This document shows positions 49,242 to 59,130 of a DNA stretch of 64,000 nucleotides, piece after piece. Below the pieces are notes generated by a model. The model saw nothing but the letters and a program-made list of their open reading frames with translations. It was not told the origin of the DNA and made no database searches. A program made the translations under genes and the position numbers. This DNA comes from Bacteroidetes bacterium MED-G17 (GTDB taxonomy: Bacteria; Bacteroidota; Bacteroidia; NS11-12g; UBA9320), in the NCBI GenBank assembly GCA_002457675.1, contig NTKK01000002.1:18497-82496 (forward strand). Reading direction: 5' to 3'. Each line of letters begins with the position of its first letter. Position 1 is the stretch's first letter.

Positions 49242-50023
49242 AAGAAAAAATACACATACCTACCATGAGCGAGTTGGCTGCAAACAACCAACAAGCAGAA
49301 GTACTTTTTTGGGTTGGTTGCGCAGGAAGCTTTGATGACCGAGCCCAAAAAATAACCAAAGCAATTGTGAAGATTCTTCATAGTGCGAAGGTTTCTTTTG
49401 CCATTTTAGGACAAGAAGAAACATGTACAGGTGATCCTGCTAAACGAGCCGGAAATGAGTTTCTTTTTCAAATGCAAGCCTTTACCAATGTTCAAACATT
49501 GAATGCCTATGGTGTTAAGAAAATTGTAACCGCATGTCCTCATTGTTTTAATACATTAAAAAATGAATATCCTGCACTTGGTGGAAATTATGATGTAATC
49601 CACCACACCGTTTTTATCAACCAACTTTTAATAGAAGGGAAATTTTCTATTAAAGGCGGGGCATTTCAAGGGAAAAAAATCACTTATCACGACTCTTGTT
49701 ATCTCGGTAGAGCAAATGGAATCTATGAAGCACCTCGAGATTTGATAGAAAAGTTGGATGCAGAATTTATAGAAATGAAACGTTGCAAAAGCAAAGGTTT
49801 TTGTTGTGGTGCAGGTGGCGCACAATTGTTTAAAGAGGCGGAAAGTGGACGTTCGGAGGTTAATCAAAGTAGAGCTAAAGAAGCCATGAATACGGGCGCG
49901 TCTATCGTAGCAGCAAATTGCCCTTTTTGTACCACGATGATGCGAGATGGGCTCAAAGAAAACGATAGCTCAGCTCAAGTAAAAGATATAGCAGAATTAA
50001 TTGCAGAAGCCAATGATCTCTGA
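49238..50023 (+). CDS. CCG-domain Fe-S protein (HdrB/GlpC-like), partner of the upstream gene
   Basis: FWVGCAG, CTGD, TACPHC, YHDSCYLGR, CCGAGG, NCPFC; ATGA overlap. Confidence 0.9.
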   Translation: MKEKIHIPTMSELAANNQQAEVLFWVGCAGSFDDRAQKITKAIVKILHSAKVSFAILGQEETCTGDPAKRAGNEFLFQMQAFTNVQTLNAYGVKKIVTACPHCFNTLKNEYPALGGNYDVIHHTVFINQLLIEGKFSIKGGAFQGKKITYHDSCYLGRANGIYEAPRDLIEKLDAEFIEMKRCKSKGFCCGAGGAQLFKEAESGRSEVNQSRAKEAMNTGASIVAANCPFCTTMMRDGLKENDSSAQVKDIAELIAEANDL

Positions 50024-50486
50024 GTCCAAGCTACATGACAAAGACAAAGTTTGGGTATTTCAATCCTCCCGGACATTTGATCCAAACCTTCAAAGTCAAA
50101 TATTGTCTACCATTGCTGATTTCACCAAAGATTGGCAAACCCATGGCAAAGCGCTCCAAAGTGGCGCTCAAATATTATATAATCATTTTATAGTAATTTG
50201 GGTCGAAGAAGCCTTCCAAAGTGCTTCTGGTTGTTCAGTAGATAGGATGATGTCTTTTTTTCAAAAGCTTGGAGAACAACATCATTTAGATCTTTTTAAT
50301 AGAACAACTTTGGCTTTTATAGAAAAAGATAAGGTCTTCTTCTATAAGTTATCAGAGGCCAAAAGAAAAGTAAAACAAAAGGCGTTTTCAGAAAACGTTC
50401 TTTTCTTTAATAATAGCATTTCTTCTGGAAAGCAGTTTCACCAAAATTGGAAAATCAACCCTTATCAAAGCTGGCTCAATAGATAA
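50013..50486 (+). CDS. conserved Bacteroidota hypothetical protein
   Basis: KVWVFQSSR, W.THG..L, ASGCSVD motifs. Confidence 0.8.
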   Translation: MISESKLHDKDKVWVFQSSRTFDPNLQSQILSTIADFTKDWQTHGKALQSGAQILYNHFIVIWVEEAFQSASGCSVDRMMSFFQKLGEQHHLDLFNRTTLAFIEKDKVFFYKLSEAKRKVKQKAFSENVLFFNNSISSGKQFHQNWKINPYQSWLNR

Positions 50487-50490
50487 AATT

Positions 50491-50787
50491 ATGCTTGGAT
50501 TAAATAAAATTAAAGAGGCAAAAGCCAAAGCAGATGAATTGAAAAACAACTTAGAACATATGCTTTTTGAAGAAGAAAGGGAAAATGGTATGATTCAGGT
50601 TGCTGTCAATGGAAATAGAAAAATAACCAAATTAAAGATCAATGAAAGTCTGCTTCGAGTAAGAGAAGGGGGAGAAATTGAAGAGAAAGTTCAAGACGCT
50701 TTAAATACCGCCTTAGGAAAAGCTGAATTTTATGCAGAGCAAGAACTTAAAAAGCTTATGCCCAACATACCAGGTTTAAATTTCTAA
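50491..50787 (+). CDS. YbaB/EbfC nucleoid-associated protein
   Basis: GMIQVAVNGN..I..L.I, ALN.AL.KA, C-terminal IPGL. Confidence 0.88.
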   Translation: MLGLNKIKEAKAKADELKNNLEHMLFEEERENGMIQVAVNGNRKITKLKINESLLRVREGGEIEEKVQDALNTALGKAEFYAEQELKKLMPNIPGLNF

Positions 50788-51129
50788 AGCAATTTGAGGG
50801 TCCCAAAAAACCTCATTAAAATTCTCTATTTGGTCATCATTGATTTTAATCCCTTCAGATTCCAAAAGAGTCTGCATTGTTTTTTCTCCTCCAAAATGAT
50901 GTTTCCCAGTTAACAAACCTACTCGGTTTACTACTCGGTGAGCTGGAACTGGTGGAACAACCCCGTGCGCATTATTCATGGCATAACCAACAATTCTTGC
51001 AGAACGACTAGCACCAAGATATTTGGCAATAGCACCATAGGAAGTAACCCGCCCTTTTGGGACCAATCTTACCACTTGATAAACCAAATCAAAAAACTCT
51101 TTTTTACTTGTAATATCTAGTATTGGCAT
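50776..51129 (-). CDS. alkyltransferase-like (ATL/YbaZ) MGMT-family protein
   Basis: VPKGRVTSYGAIA..ARIVG, PAHRVV (Ala in place of the catalytic Cys). Confidence 0.88.
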   Translation of the reverse strand: MPILDITSKKEFFDLVYQVVRLVPKGRVTSYGAIAKYLGASRSARIVGYAMNNAHGVVPPVPAHRVVNRVGLLTGKHHFGGEKTMQTLLESEGIKINDDQIENFNEVFWDPQIALEI

Positions 51130-51198
51130 AATATTTGTTCATCTACTAACAACATTTTCAATTGCCAAACGTAATCTAAAAACATATTTTTGACCAGC

Positions 51199-52617
51199 AT
51201 GTTTAAAAAATTCGCATCGCTAATAACTTTGTCTGCATTTGTTTTTTCCCTCTCGGCCCAAATAGCATACCGAATTGAGATCAATTCAAAACTAAATGAT
51301 GGAGATACACTAATCTTAGCCAATTACTTTGGCGATAAACAATATGCGAAAGACACGGCTTTTGCACAAAATGGAAAAGCACTATTTTCAGGACAAAATG
51401 CACTTTCCAACGGTGTATATTTAGTTGTAATGCCGCAAAAAAATTACTTCGAAATATTGATACCTAAAGAAGATCAAAACTTTGAGTTGGATGTTCCGGA
51501 AGATTTGAACCCGCAAAATATTGTAGTCAGAGGTAGCAAAGACAATACGCTATTTCTTGAGTTTGGCGCATTTGCCCAAGAACAAGGGAAAAAAGCAAGA
51601 GATATAAGAGCGGCTTTTCAAAAAGCGAAAAGTGAAAAAGAAAAGAAAGAATTGAGAGAGAAGAATGCAAACATTGCCAACTCTGTTAGCCAAATGAGAT
51701 TGGATTTGGCCAAAGCAAACCCCGAGACTTTTGCATCAAAAGTTTTTATGTCTATGACTGATGTGGAGATTCCAGATGCGCCAAAGGACTTAGATGATGA
51801 AGCACAAAAAGAGTGGACATATAATTATTATAAAAAACACTACTGGGACAATGTGGATCTTAGTGAGGATGGATTGGTAAGGACACCCGTTTTTCATAAT
51901 AAGCTGAAACACTATATCCAAAAAATATACCCGCAAGTACCTGATTCTGTGATCGCTGGTGCAGACCGCTTAATCAATAAAATTGATGAAGAAAAAGCCC
52001 CTGAATTATTTCATTTTGCAGTTTGGTGGCTCACCAATACATATGAAGAAAATAAAACGGTGTGCATGGACAAAATGCTCCACTATATGGCTTCAAGCTA
52101 CTATTGTGCCGGACGAGCGTGGTGGGCTGATTCAACCACAGTAGCCAAATTTTGTGAACATGCCAAAAATATTGGACCAACACTTTGCGATAAACAAGCG
52201 CCTGAGATGCTCATGCCTGACGAAAACAAAAAACTGCAAAGTTTGCATGCCCTGATAGCCGACTATACTGTTGTCGCCTTTTGGGATCATGAATGCGGGC
52301 ATTGTAAGAAGGAAGTTCCTAAACTAGCAAGCATCTACAGGGATTCCCTCAAAGATTTAGGTGTCAAGGTGTATGCTGTCTACACCCAAGGAGATTGGGA
52401 AGGTTGGAAAAAATTTGTAAAAGAAAAAAACTTGCCTTTCATCAATGTTGCAAATATGTATGGTATGGACAACTTTAGAGAAAATTATAACATCATTTCA
52501 ACACCAAAATTCTTGATTTTAGACAAAAACAAAATCATCAAACTCAAAGATGTCCCAGTTGATAAAATCTATGAAGCGATTGGTTTTCTCAAAAAAGAGG
52601 AAAAAAATTCCAACTAA
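51199..52617 (+). CDS. exported TlpA/redoxin-domain protein (DUF5106-type)
   Basis: Signal peptide, HYWDNVD..LVRTP, FWDHECGHCKK, YNI.STP. Confidence 0.85.
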   Translation: MFKKFASLITLSAFVFSLSAQIAYRIEINSKLNDGDTLILANYFGDKQYAKDTAFAQNGKALFSGQNALSNGVYLVVMPQKNYFEILIPKEDQNFELDVPEDLNPQNIVVRGSKDNTLFLEFGAFAQEQGKKARDIRAAFQKAKSEKEKKELREKNANIANSVSQMRLDLAKANPETFASKVFMSMTDVEIPDAPKDLDDEAQKEWTYNYYKKHYWDNVDLSEDGLVRTPVFHNKLKHYIQKIYPQVPDSVIAGADRLINKIDEEKAPELFHFAVWWLTNTYEENKTVCMDKMLHYMASSYYCAGRAWWADSTTVAKFCEHAKNIGPTLCDKQAPEMLMPDENKKLQSLHALIADYTVVAFWDHECGHCKKEVPKLASIYRDSLKDLGVKVYAVYTQGDWEGWKKFVKEKNLPFINVANMYGMDNFRENYNIISTPKFLILDKNKIIKLKDVPVDKIYEAIGFLKKEEKNSN

Positions 52618-52619
52618 GT

Positions 52620-53183
52620 CTAAAGGTATTTTGGCTTGAAGACCAAACCCGTTGAATAATAAGGACCACTATACTGACTAAACTCATTTAACAGATTTAA
52701 TCTTAGTCCAAAACCCAATTTACACCCTAGCCATGGAAACAACATCCATTGTGCATCAATACCTCCTTCTATTGGAATAATAGGCTTTACAGTTTTCTTA
52801 TTTTGCAAGTCAATTTGGTCGGTTTTTCCAAAGCCTACAGCAATCGGTATCATTAGGTCAATATTATTGAAACTTACCAAGTCTTGAAAAACTGTGCAAC
52901 CTACATAATCAAATTTTTGGCTAATCAGTAAAGCATTTTCTTTTGCTAGATTTCCTGTAAAGCCATAGTAACCAATATGCCATAGTCTTTTTTCCTTAGA
53001 TTTTTTTCCTACAACAAAACCCCATAGTCTAAAACTATTGGCATCTACAAAGGTCATTTTGTTGTTTAATCCCACAAAAACACTTTCACCACCCGCCAGA
53101 GACTTTCTAAGTATTTGTCCTGACATAGTTGTATTGAAGAAAAATAAAAATAATAAAGAAGCTATTTTAGCTTTGAAGACCAA
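52620..53183 (-). CDS. hypothetical protein, possible small outer-membrane beta-barrel
   Basis: Signal-like N-terminus, alternating amphipathic strands; start uncertain. Confidence 0.6.
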   Translation of the reverse strand: MVFKAKIASLLFLFFFNTTMSGQILRKSLAGGESVFVGLNNKMTFVDANSFRLWGFVVGKKSKEKRLWHIGYYGFTGNLAKENALLISQKFDYVGCTVFQDLVSFNNIDLMIPIAVGFGKTDQIDLQNKKTVKPIIPIEGGIDAQWMLFPWLGCKLGFGLRLNLLNEFSQYSGPYYSTGLVFKPKYL

Positions 53184-54171
53184 GGAAATTTAATGCGTTT
53201 TGATAGAGTAGCTTTTCTTTTTCTTGTTGGCTCAAATTGGGGTGGTTCTCAATAAATTTTCCGTGCTCTAAATCACCTAGTGGAAAGGGATAGTCCGTTC
53301 CGTAAGCTACCTTATCTATACCAATGGTGTCTATTAAATATCTCAATGCTTTTGAATCATGGGTGATACCGTCCACCCAAAACTTTCCCTTATAATCATA
53401 AGGGTCTGAAACGCCATTTAAATTTACCAAATCCGGTCTGCAATGCCAACCATGAGAAATTCTACCCAAGGTAAAAGCAAAAGAACCACCGCCATGCGCA
53501 AACATTATTTTGAGTTTTGGAAATTTATCAAATATACCGCCAAACATCATCGAACAAATGGCTCTGCAGGTTTCAGCAGGCATTCCTACAAGCCAAGGCA
53601 ACCAGTATTTTTTCATATCTTCCATACCCATCATTTCCCATGGATGGATAAAAATAGGCATATGTAAATCTTGTGCTGCCTCCCAAAAAGGAAAAAAACT
53701 TGGATCATCTAAATTTTTGTCTAAAACGTGACTACCTATCTCTACACCATGCAAACCGATCGATTTGCATCTTTCCAATTCTTTTATGGCTAGATCGACA
53801 TCTTGCATGGGTAAAGTTCCTAAACCTATAAATCTATCCTTGTTTGACTCCTGAACTGAGGTCATATGGTCATTTAAATAAATTGACCAATCGTATGTAT
53901 CTATTGATTTTGCCCAGTAATTAAACAAAACAGGTATAGTACAGAGCACCATCTTGTTCACGTTATTTTTATCTAAATCTTCGATAATTGCTTGTGGATC
54001 ATAGCAATTTTTTTGTACTCTTCTAAAAAACACACCATCGTCACGCATCATTTTTTTAGCACCAGTCTCAGGCTCATCTTCTAAATGTATAAACCCTTTG
54101 TAGCCATACTTTTCATGCAACATGGGCCAAGAATCAGGCATGATATGTGCATGCATGTCAATTTTTTGCAT
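53167..54171 (-). CDS. nbaD: 2-amino-3-carboxymuconate-6-semialdehyde decarboxylase (ACMSD)
   Basis: IDMHAH, FIHPWEM, WLVGMPAET, AHGGGSF, GTDYPFPLG; downstream of nbaC. Confidence 0.9.
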   Translation of the reverse strand: MQKIDMHAHIMPDSWPMLHEKYGYKGFIHLEDEPETGAKKMMRDDGVFFRRVQKNCYDPQAIIEDLDKNNVNKMVLCTIPVLFNYWAKSIDTYDWSIYLNDHMTSVQESNKDRFIGLGTLPMQDVDLAIKELERCKSIGLHGVEIGSHVLDKNLDDPSFFPFWEAAQDLHMPIFIHPWEMMGMEDMKKYWLPWLVGMPAETCRAICSMMFGGIFDKFPKLKIMFAHGGGSFAFTLGRISHGWHCRPDLVNLNGVSDPYDYKGKFWVDGITHDSKALRYLIDTIGIDKVAYGTDYPFPLGDLEHGKFIENHPNLSQQEKEKLLYQNALNFLGLQS

Positions 54172-54192
54172 ATCCACGAAAGTGCATTAATT

Positions 54193-54714
54193 TTAGATAA
54201 AACGCTTATCTGCGGCCATTGTGACGCCACAAGTTTTACAAGTTCTCAATTCTTCACTTCCATAGTATTTTTTAAATCTTGGTATAAAGTCTTTCTCAAT
54301 ATTGTTTAGTGGAAATAATTCCTGGTGTAGTTTCTCATTGCAATTTTCACAAAACCACAACAAGCCATCCTTCTCATTTGCTTTTCTTTTATTCTCAATT
54401 ACCAAACCTATAGAACCTTCTAAACGAATAGGGGAATGCGGCACTTTTGCCGGCAATAAGAACATCTCACCAGCCTTTATTGGTATATCTACCACCTGAC
54501 CATTTTGTTGGGTTTTTACCACAATTTCTCCTTCTATTTGATAAAACAGCTCTTCTGTTTCATTGTAATGAAAGTCTTTTCTAGCGTTTGGGCCCGCAAC
54601 AATCATCACTATATAATCCCCAGATTCATGGTACAAATTTCGATTTCCCACAGGTGGCTTAAGTTCATTCCTATGTTCATCTATCCATTTTTGCAAGTTG
54701 AATGGTGCTTTCAT
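54193..54714 (-). CDS. nbaC: 3-hydroxyanthranilate 3,4-dioxygenase
   Basis: [27 protein letters not shown], rubredoxin-like CENC/CKTC. Confidence 0.96.
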   Translation of the reverse strand: MKAPFNLQKWIDEHRNELKPPVGNRNLYHESGDYIVMIVAGPNARKDFHYNETEELFYQIEGEIVVKTQQNGQVVDIPIKAGEMFLLPAKVPHSPIRLEGSIGLVIENKRKANEKDGLLWFCENCNEKLHQELFPLNNIEKDFIPRFKKYYGSEELRTCKTCGVTMAADKRFI

Positions 54715-54814
54715 GGCCTCTAAGGTAAAAAAAACAAGGATAAAAACGATACAAACAAAAAAAGCATCGTTACATTTTACTTTCTCTATTAGCTTTGTGT
54801 GTTATATTGCTATT

Positions 54815-55012
54815 ATGATATTTTTAATTGGATTGGGAATTAATGAATTGCTAATTGTAGCGATGATTGTCCTTTTGTTGTTTGGCGGAAGAAAACTTCC
54901 TGAATTGATGAAAGGTTTGGGCAAAGGCATAAGAGAATTTAATAATGCCAAGTCAGACATTAAAAACAAACTTGACGAATCAATTAAAGACGAAGACGAG
55001 AAAAAGGCCTAA
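54815..55012 (+). CDS. tatA: twin-arginine translocase TatA/TatE
   Basis: [23 protein letters not shown]; TAGCTTTG promoter at 54790-54797. Confidence 0.93.
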   Translation: MIFLIGLGINELLIVAMIVLLLFGGRKLPELMKGLGKGIREFNNAKSDIKNKLDESIKDEDEKKA

Positions 55013-55017
55013 TCTAT

Positions 55018-56412
55018 ATGAATAGACGCTTTCAATCGCTTTTAGATATTCAAAAAACCAAGATATCTTGTGTCGATTTGGTAGAATTTTATTTGGGGCA
55101 AATTCAAGCCCAAAATGCATCTCTTAATGCTTTTATTGAAGTATGGGAAAAAGAGGCACGCATCCGAGCCAAAGAAATAGATGAAAAAATTAAAAAAGAC
55201 ACTGCAGGAAAATTGGCCGGTATGGTCATAGGTCTCAAAGACAATTTATTAGTAAAAAATCAAGCGGCTTCAAATTCATCAAAAATTTTATCTGGCTTTA
55301 CCAGCCCATATACAGCAAGCGCAATTCAAAAGTTGCTCGATGAAGACGCCATATTAATTGGGCGTTTAAATAATGACGAATTTGCTATGGGTTCTTCCAA
55401 CGAAACTTCTTTTTATGGACCAGTAAAAAATGCGATTGATTTGGAAAGAGTCCCAGGAGGTTCTTCTGGAGGGTCAGCAGTTGCTGTACAAGCAGAAATG
55501 TGCACCGCTGCGTTAGGAACGGATACGGGCGGTTCCGTAAGGCAACCTGCTGCCTTTACAGGAACCATAGGATTAAAGCCAAGTTATGGGAGAATTTCTC
55601 GTTATGGAGTTATGTCTTATGCCTCGTCTTTTGATCAAATTGGCCCGATTAGCTATTCAATATCAGACGCAGCAATTTTGCTAGAAGTTATGTCTGGAAA
55701 AGATCCAAAAGATGCAACTAGCTCTTCAAAAAAAGTGGAAGCGTATAGCGCACTTAAACCAAATGAACCAAAGCGTATTGCGTATATCGAACCTGAGGGG
55801 TTAGACGACGAGGTATCAAAAGCTTATACCTACCAAATAGAAAAAATTTCTGCAAGCAAGCACCAACTAGAAAGAATAAGCATTGACTTTGCTGATGCAC
55901 TGGTTCCAACATATTATGTACTTACCACTGCAGAAGCGTCTTCAAATTTGTCACGATATGCCGGCATGATTTATGGACACCAATCAAAAAAGCAAAATAG
56001 CTTAGATGAAATGATTATGCAATCCCGCAACGAAGGTTTTGGCCCCGAAGTAAAAAGAAGAATAATGACGGGTACCTTTATTCTTTCAGAAGAGCATTTT
56101 GAAGCCTATTACACCAAAGCACTGTTGGTTAGGAGAAAAATTAAAAATCGTTTGAATGAAATTTTTGAAAATTTTGATGCCATACTGTCACCAACAGCAC
56201 CCACTGTTCCTTTTAAACTTAATGAAAAAAAACAAGACCCTATTGCAATGTATTTAGCAGACCAATTTACCGTTATGGCTTCGTTAGGTGGCGTTTGCGC
56301 CATTTCTATACCTATGAAAAATATAACTGGAAAACTTCCCCTTGGCTTACAAATTACCTGCAATAGTTTCTGCGAAAAATCTCTGCTGAACTTGGCTAAT
56401 GAATTGGTATAA
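55018..56412 (+). CDS. gatA: Asp/Glu-tRNA amidotransferase subunit A
   Basis: KDN, DEFAMGSSNE, PGGSSGGSA, GTDTGGSVRQPA, GFGPEVKRRIM.GT. Confidence 0.95.
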   Translation: MNRRFQSLLDIQKTKISCVDLVEFYLGQIQAQNASLNAFIEVWEKEARIRAKEIDEKIKKDTAGKLAGMVIGLKDNLLVKNQAASNSSKILSGFTSPYTASAIQKLLDEDAILIGRLNNDEFAMGSSNETSFYGPVKNAIDLERVPGGSSGGSAVAVQAEMCTAALGTDTGGSVRQPAAFTGTIGLKPSYGRISRYGVMSYASSFDQIGPISYSISDAAILLEVMSGKDPKDATSSSKKVEAYSALKPNEPKRIAYIEPEGLDDEVSKAYTYQIEKISASKHQLERISIDFADALVPTYYVLTTAEASSNLSRYAGMIYGHQSKKQNSLDEMIMQSRNEGFGPEVKRRIMTGTFILSEEHFEAYYTKALLVRRKIKNRLNEIFENFDAILSPTAPTVPFKLNEKKQDPIAMYLADQFTVMASLGGVCAISIPMKNITGKLPLGLQITCNSFCEKSLLNLANELV

Positions 56413-57565
56413 ACAAACAATATCCGTTTTTCTTACCCTGTTATTTTTTTCTCTTCAGGCGCAAGTTAATATTGAGTCCGAGATTGAGCGACTAAAAAAG
56501 GTTTTTCCTTATATCAACAAACAAAGAGTAAAGGAAGAAATAAAAAAGACCCTTGAAAATCCGACCGAAATGAGCCATATACTTGGGAGAGAAAACTTAT
56601 TTCTTGACTCAATAAAAAGCTATTTAAAAACCAACAATGTTCCTACCGAAATTGCTTATTTACCTGGTGCAGCAAGCGGTTTTAATCCTTTTAAAAAGTC
56701 CGTCTATGGTGGTACGGGAATATGGTGTTTTAAATACGCCGTGGCCAAAAAATACGGGCTAACCATTAGCTCTTATATTGATGAACGAAAAGACCCCTTA
56801 AAATCTTCAAAAGCTGCTGCAAAATACCTAGCAGACTTGTATACTTATTATGGCGATTGGAATTTGTGCATCTTGGCATTTTATTTTGAGCCAATAGAGC
56901 TGAACAAAGCCAGTATTTTGGCCAATGAAAAATGCGCACTTGAAAAAATAAAAAAATACCTACCTCCTAGAACTGAAAATATTCTTTCTTCATTTATTGC
57001 TTACTATATGTTGTCTCACAACAAAGAATATTTTGGTCTTCCACAAAAAGCAATTGACACTTATGCAGGAGAAAAAATTCTTATTTCCAAAGCATGTCGT
57101 TTGGAAAGCATAAGTAAATTACTCGAAATCCCTTTGGATAGACTTCTTTTTGCCAATCCTATCTATAAAAGACAAGAAATTCCTACATCCTCTAAATCCT
57201 ATTATATCTCCATACCAAAACAAAAAGTGCAACGTTTTTTGGCTTTGGAAGATAGTATTTACAAATTGAAGAAATTGGAAAAAAGAGAAATCAAAACAAA
57301 ACCTCCAGCAAAACCTAAATTAGTCAGTAAACCCAGCAAATCACTTTTGTATTATACCATCCGTTCTGGCGATTACCTAGGGAAAATTGCCGACCTCTAC
57401 GATGTTGGTATTAGCCAGGTTAAATCATGGAACGGCATAAGAGGAAGCAAAATTCGTGCAGGTCAAAAGCTTAGAATTTATGTTGCCCCAAGTAAATACA
57501 GTTTTTATAAAAAAATAAATGGGATGAGCAATGCCCAGAAATCACAAATAATGCGAAGAGATTAA
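56399..57565 (+). CDS. MltD-like SLT + LysM protein with degenerate active site
   Basis: KYGL....IDERKDP.KS..AAAKYL.DLY..YGDW; LysM YTIRSGDYLGKIA..IRAGQKL; catalytic ES reads AS. Confidence 0.85.
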   Translation: MNWYKQTISVFLTLLFFSLQAQVNIESEIERLKKVFPYINKQRVKEEIKKTLENPTEMSHILGRENLFLDSIKSYLKTNNVPTEIAYLPGAASGFNPFKKSVYGGTGIWCFKYAVAKKYGLTISSYIDERKDPLKSSKAAAKYLADLYTYYGDWNLCILAFYFEPIELNKASILANEKCALEKIKKYLPPRTENILSSFIAYYMLSHNKEYFGLPQKAIDTYAGEKILISKACRLESISKLLEIPLDRLLFANPIYKRQEIPTSSKSYYISIPKQKVQRFLALEDSIYKLKKLEKREIKTKPPAKPKLVSKPSKSLLYYTIRSGDYLGKIADLYDVGISQVKSWNGIRGSKIRAGQKLRIYVAPSKYSFYKKINGMSNAQKSQIMRRD

Positions 57566-59130
57566 TGAGCAAAAAGCAAGGCAAAAAAGACAACATTGAG
57601 CCGAAAGAAATTTTTGGCTTCTTGGTGGTACTAAACCTTTTGCTTTTTGCACTTATTTTACTCATCCCTTCTGGCAAAATTTCTTTATTTAAAAAGGTTG
57701 ACTTTGTTTTCGTTCCAAAAGAAAAATTATGGGAAAATACCAAGCCTATTTCTAAAGAAGAACAGCTAGAAAGCATTATACAAAAGATTGAAAATCAAGT
57801 AGCAGATACGCAGAAAAACGCCGATACCATATTATACAAACTGCCTATTATGCATCCCGATTCGGGGAAAAATGCACTTTTATCTTTTTATCAAACGCTT
57901 ATCCAACTTCGATCCAAAAAAAACAAAGTATATAGAATTTTACATATCGGCGACTCTCAATTGGAAGGAGATAGAATAACTGATTACCTCAGAGAAAAAA
58001 TGCAAAACCGCTTTGGAGGTAAAGGCCCTGGCATTATAAATCCTTTAGAACCTACAGCCTATTATAGAAAATCCGTTCTATTAAAACAAAGCAAAAATTG
58101 GCACAAAGAAGCCATTTACGTCAAAAATTCAAAAAATAAAAAGGGTGCTTACGGTATTGGAGGAGCAAGCTTTATCTATTCTAATTACAACAAAATAATC
58201 GGCTACGATACAACTATTTATAAGGTTGATAGCTTGTTTGCAGACAGCTTACAAATAGACACCATGTCACAACATGGAACCGTTGAGGACACCACAATTG
58301 TTCCAATTTATAAAAATCAAGTTTTTCAAAAAGCATGGATCAAAGCAAAAACTTTGCAATCTAGCTTCCCAAGAGCCAAAAATTTTGAACAAATACAACT
58401 GATATACATGGCTCAAGACAGTACATACTTCAGCTTTTCAGAAAACAACAGAAAAGGCTTTTGGCTTACCCCATGTTTATACCCCAAAAAGGTGCAAATA
58501 CCTTTATTTTCTGACAAAAAAAACATCTCTATGTATTTTCAGGGGCCCAATATGCGTTTGTTCAGCATGTCATTAGACGGGCTTAAGGGCATAGCTGTCG
58601 ACAATTTTCCGATGCGGGGAAGTTCTGGCCTGGGATTTGAAACCATCAACCGCACTTGGTTAAGCAATCAATTAAAAATGATGGAGGTAAAACTACTCAT
58701 TTTACAGTTTGGCATCAATGTTGTGCCCAATCCACAAAAAAATTACAACTATTATCAACGCATGTTTTCTGCCCAGTTAAAAGCAATCAAAAAAGCACAT
58801 AATGATCTGAGTATTTTGGTCATTGGTCCGTCTGACATGAGTCGAAAAAAAATGGGTGTATATGAATCTTATCCGAACATACCCCTGATTCGTGACGCTA
58901 TGAAGCGTGCAGCCTTTGAAAACGGTTGTGCTTTTTGGGATTTATACGAGAACATGGGTGGCCAAAACGCCATGCTTTCTTGGGTGAAAAGAAAACCTCC
59001 TTTGGCTGCAAAGGACTATACCCATTTCAACCCAGAAGGTGCCCGATATATAGGTGAAATGTTGTTCAATGCACTTATAAATGACTTTAAAAATTATGAA
59101 AAAACCATATACAATTCAAATAGACCTTAA
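57565..59130 (+). CDS. membrane-anchored SGNH/GDSL family protein (PatB/Ape-like)
   Basis: N-terminal TM, HIGDSQ, RGSSG, QFGIN, DYTHF. Confidence 0.82.
   Translation: MSKKQGKKDNIEPKEIFGFLVVLNLLLFALILLIPSGKISLFKKVDFVFVPKEKLWENTKPISKEEQLESIIQKIENQVADTQKNADTILYKLPIMHPDSGKNALLSFYQTLIQLRSKKNKVYRILHIGDSQLEGDRITDYLREKMQNRFGGKGPGIINPLEPTAYYRKSVLLKQSKNWHKEAIYVKNSKNKKGAYGIGGASFIYSNYNKIIGYDTTIYKVDSLFADSLQIDTMSQHGTVEDTTIVPIYKNQVFQKAWIKAKTLQSSFPRAKNFEQIQLIYMAQDSTYFSFSENNRKGFWLTPCLYPKKVQIPLFSDKKNISMYFQGPNMRLFSMSLDGLKGIAVDNFPMRGSSGLGFETINRTWLSNQLKMMEVKLLILQFGINVVPNPQKNYNYYQRMFSAQLKAIKKAHNDLSILVIGPSDMSRKKMGVYESYPNIPLIRDAMKRAAFENGCAFWDLYENMGGQNAMLSWVKRKPPLAAKDYTHFNPEGARYIGEMLFNALINDFKNYEKTIYNSNRP

Noticed and set aside
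53167-54714. nbaC-ACMSD pair as a novel pathway
   Set aside because: Known kynurenine-pathway tryptophan catabolism genes, common in Bacteroidota.
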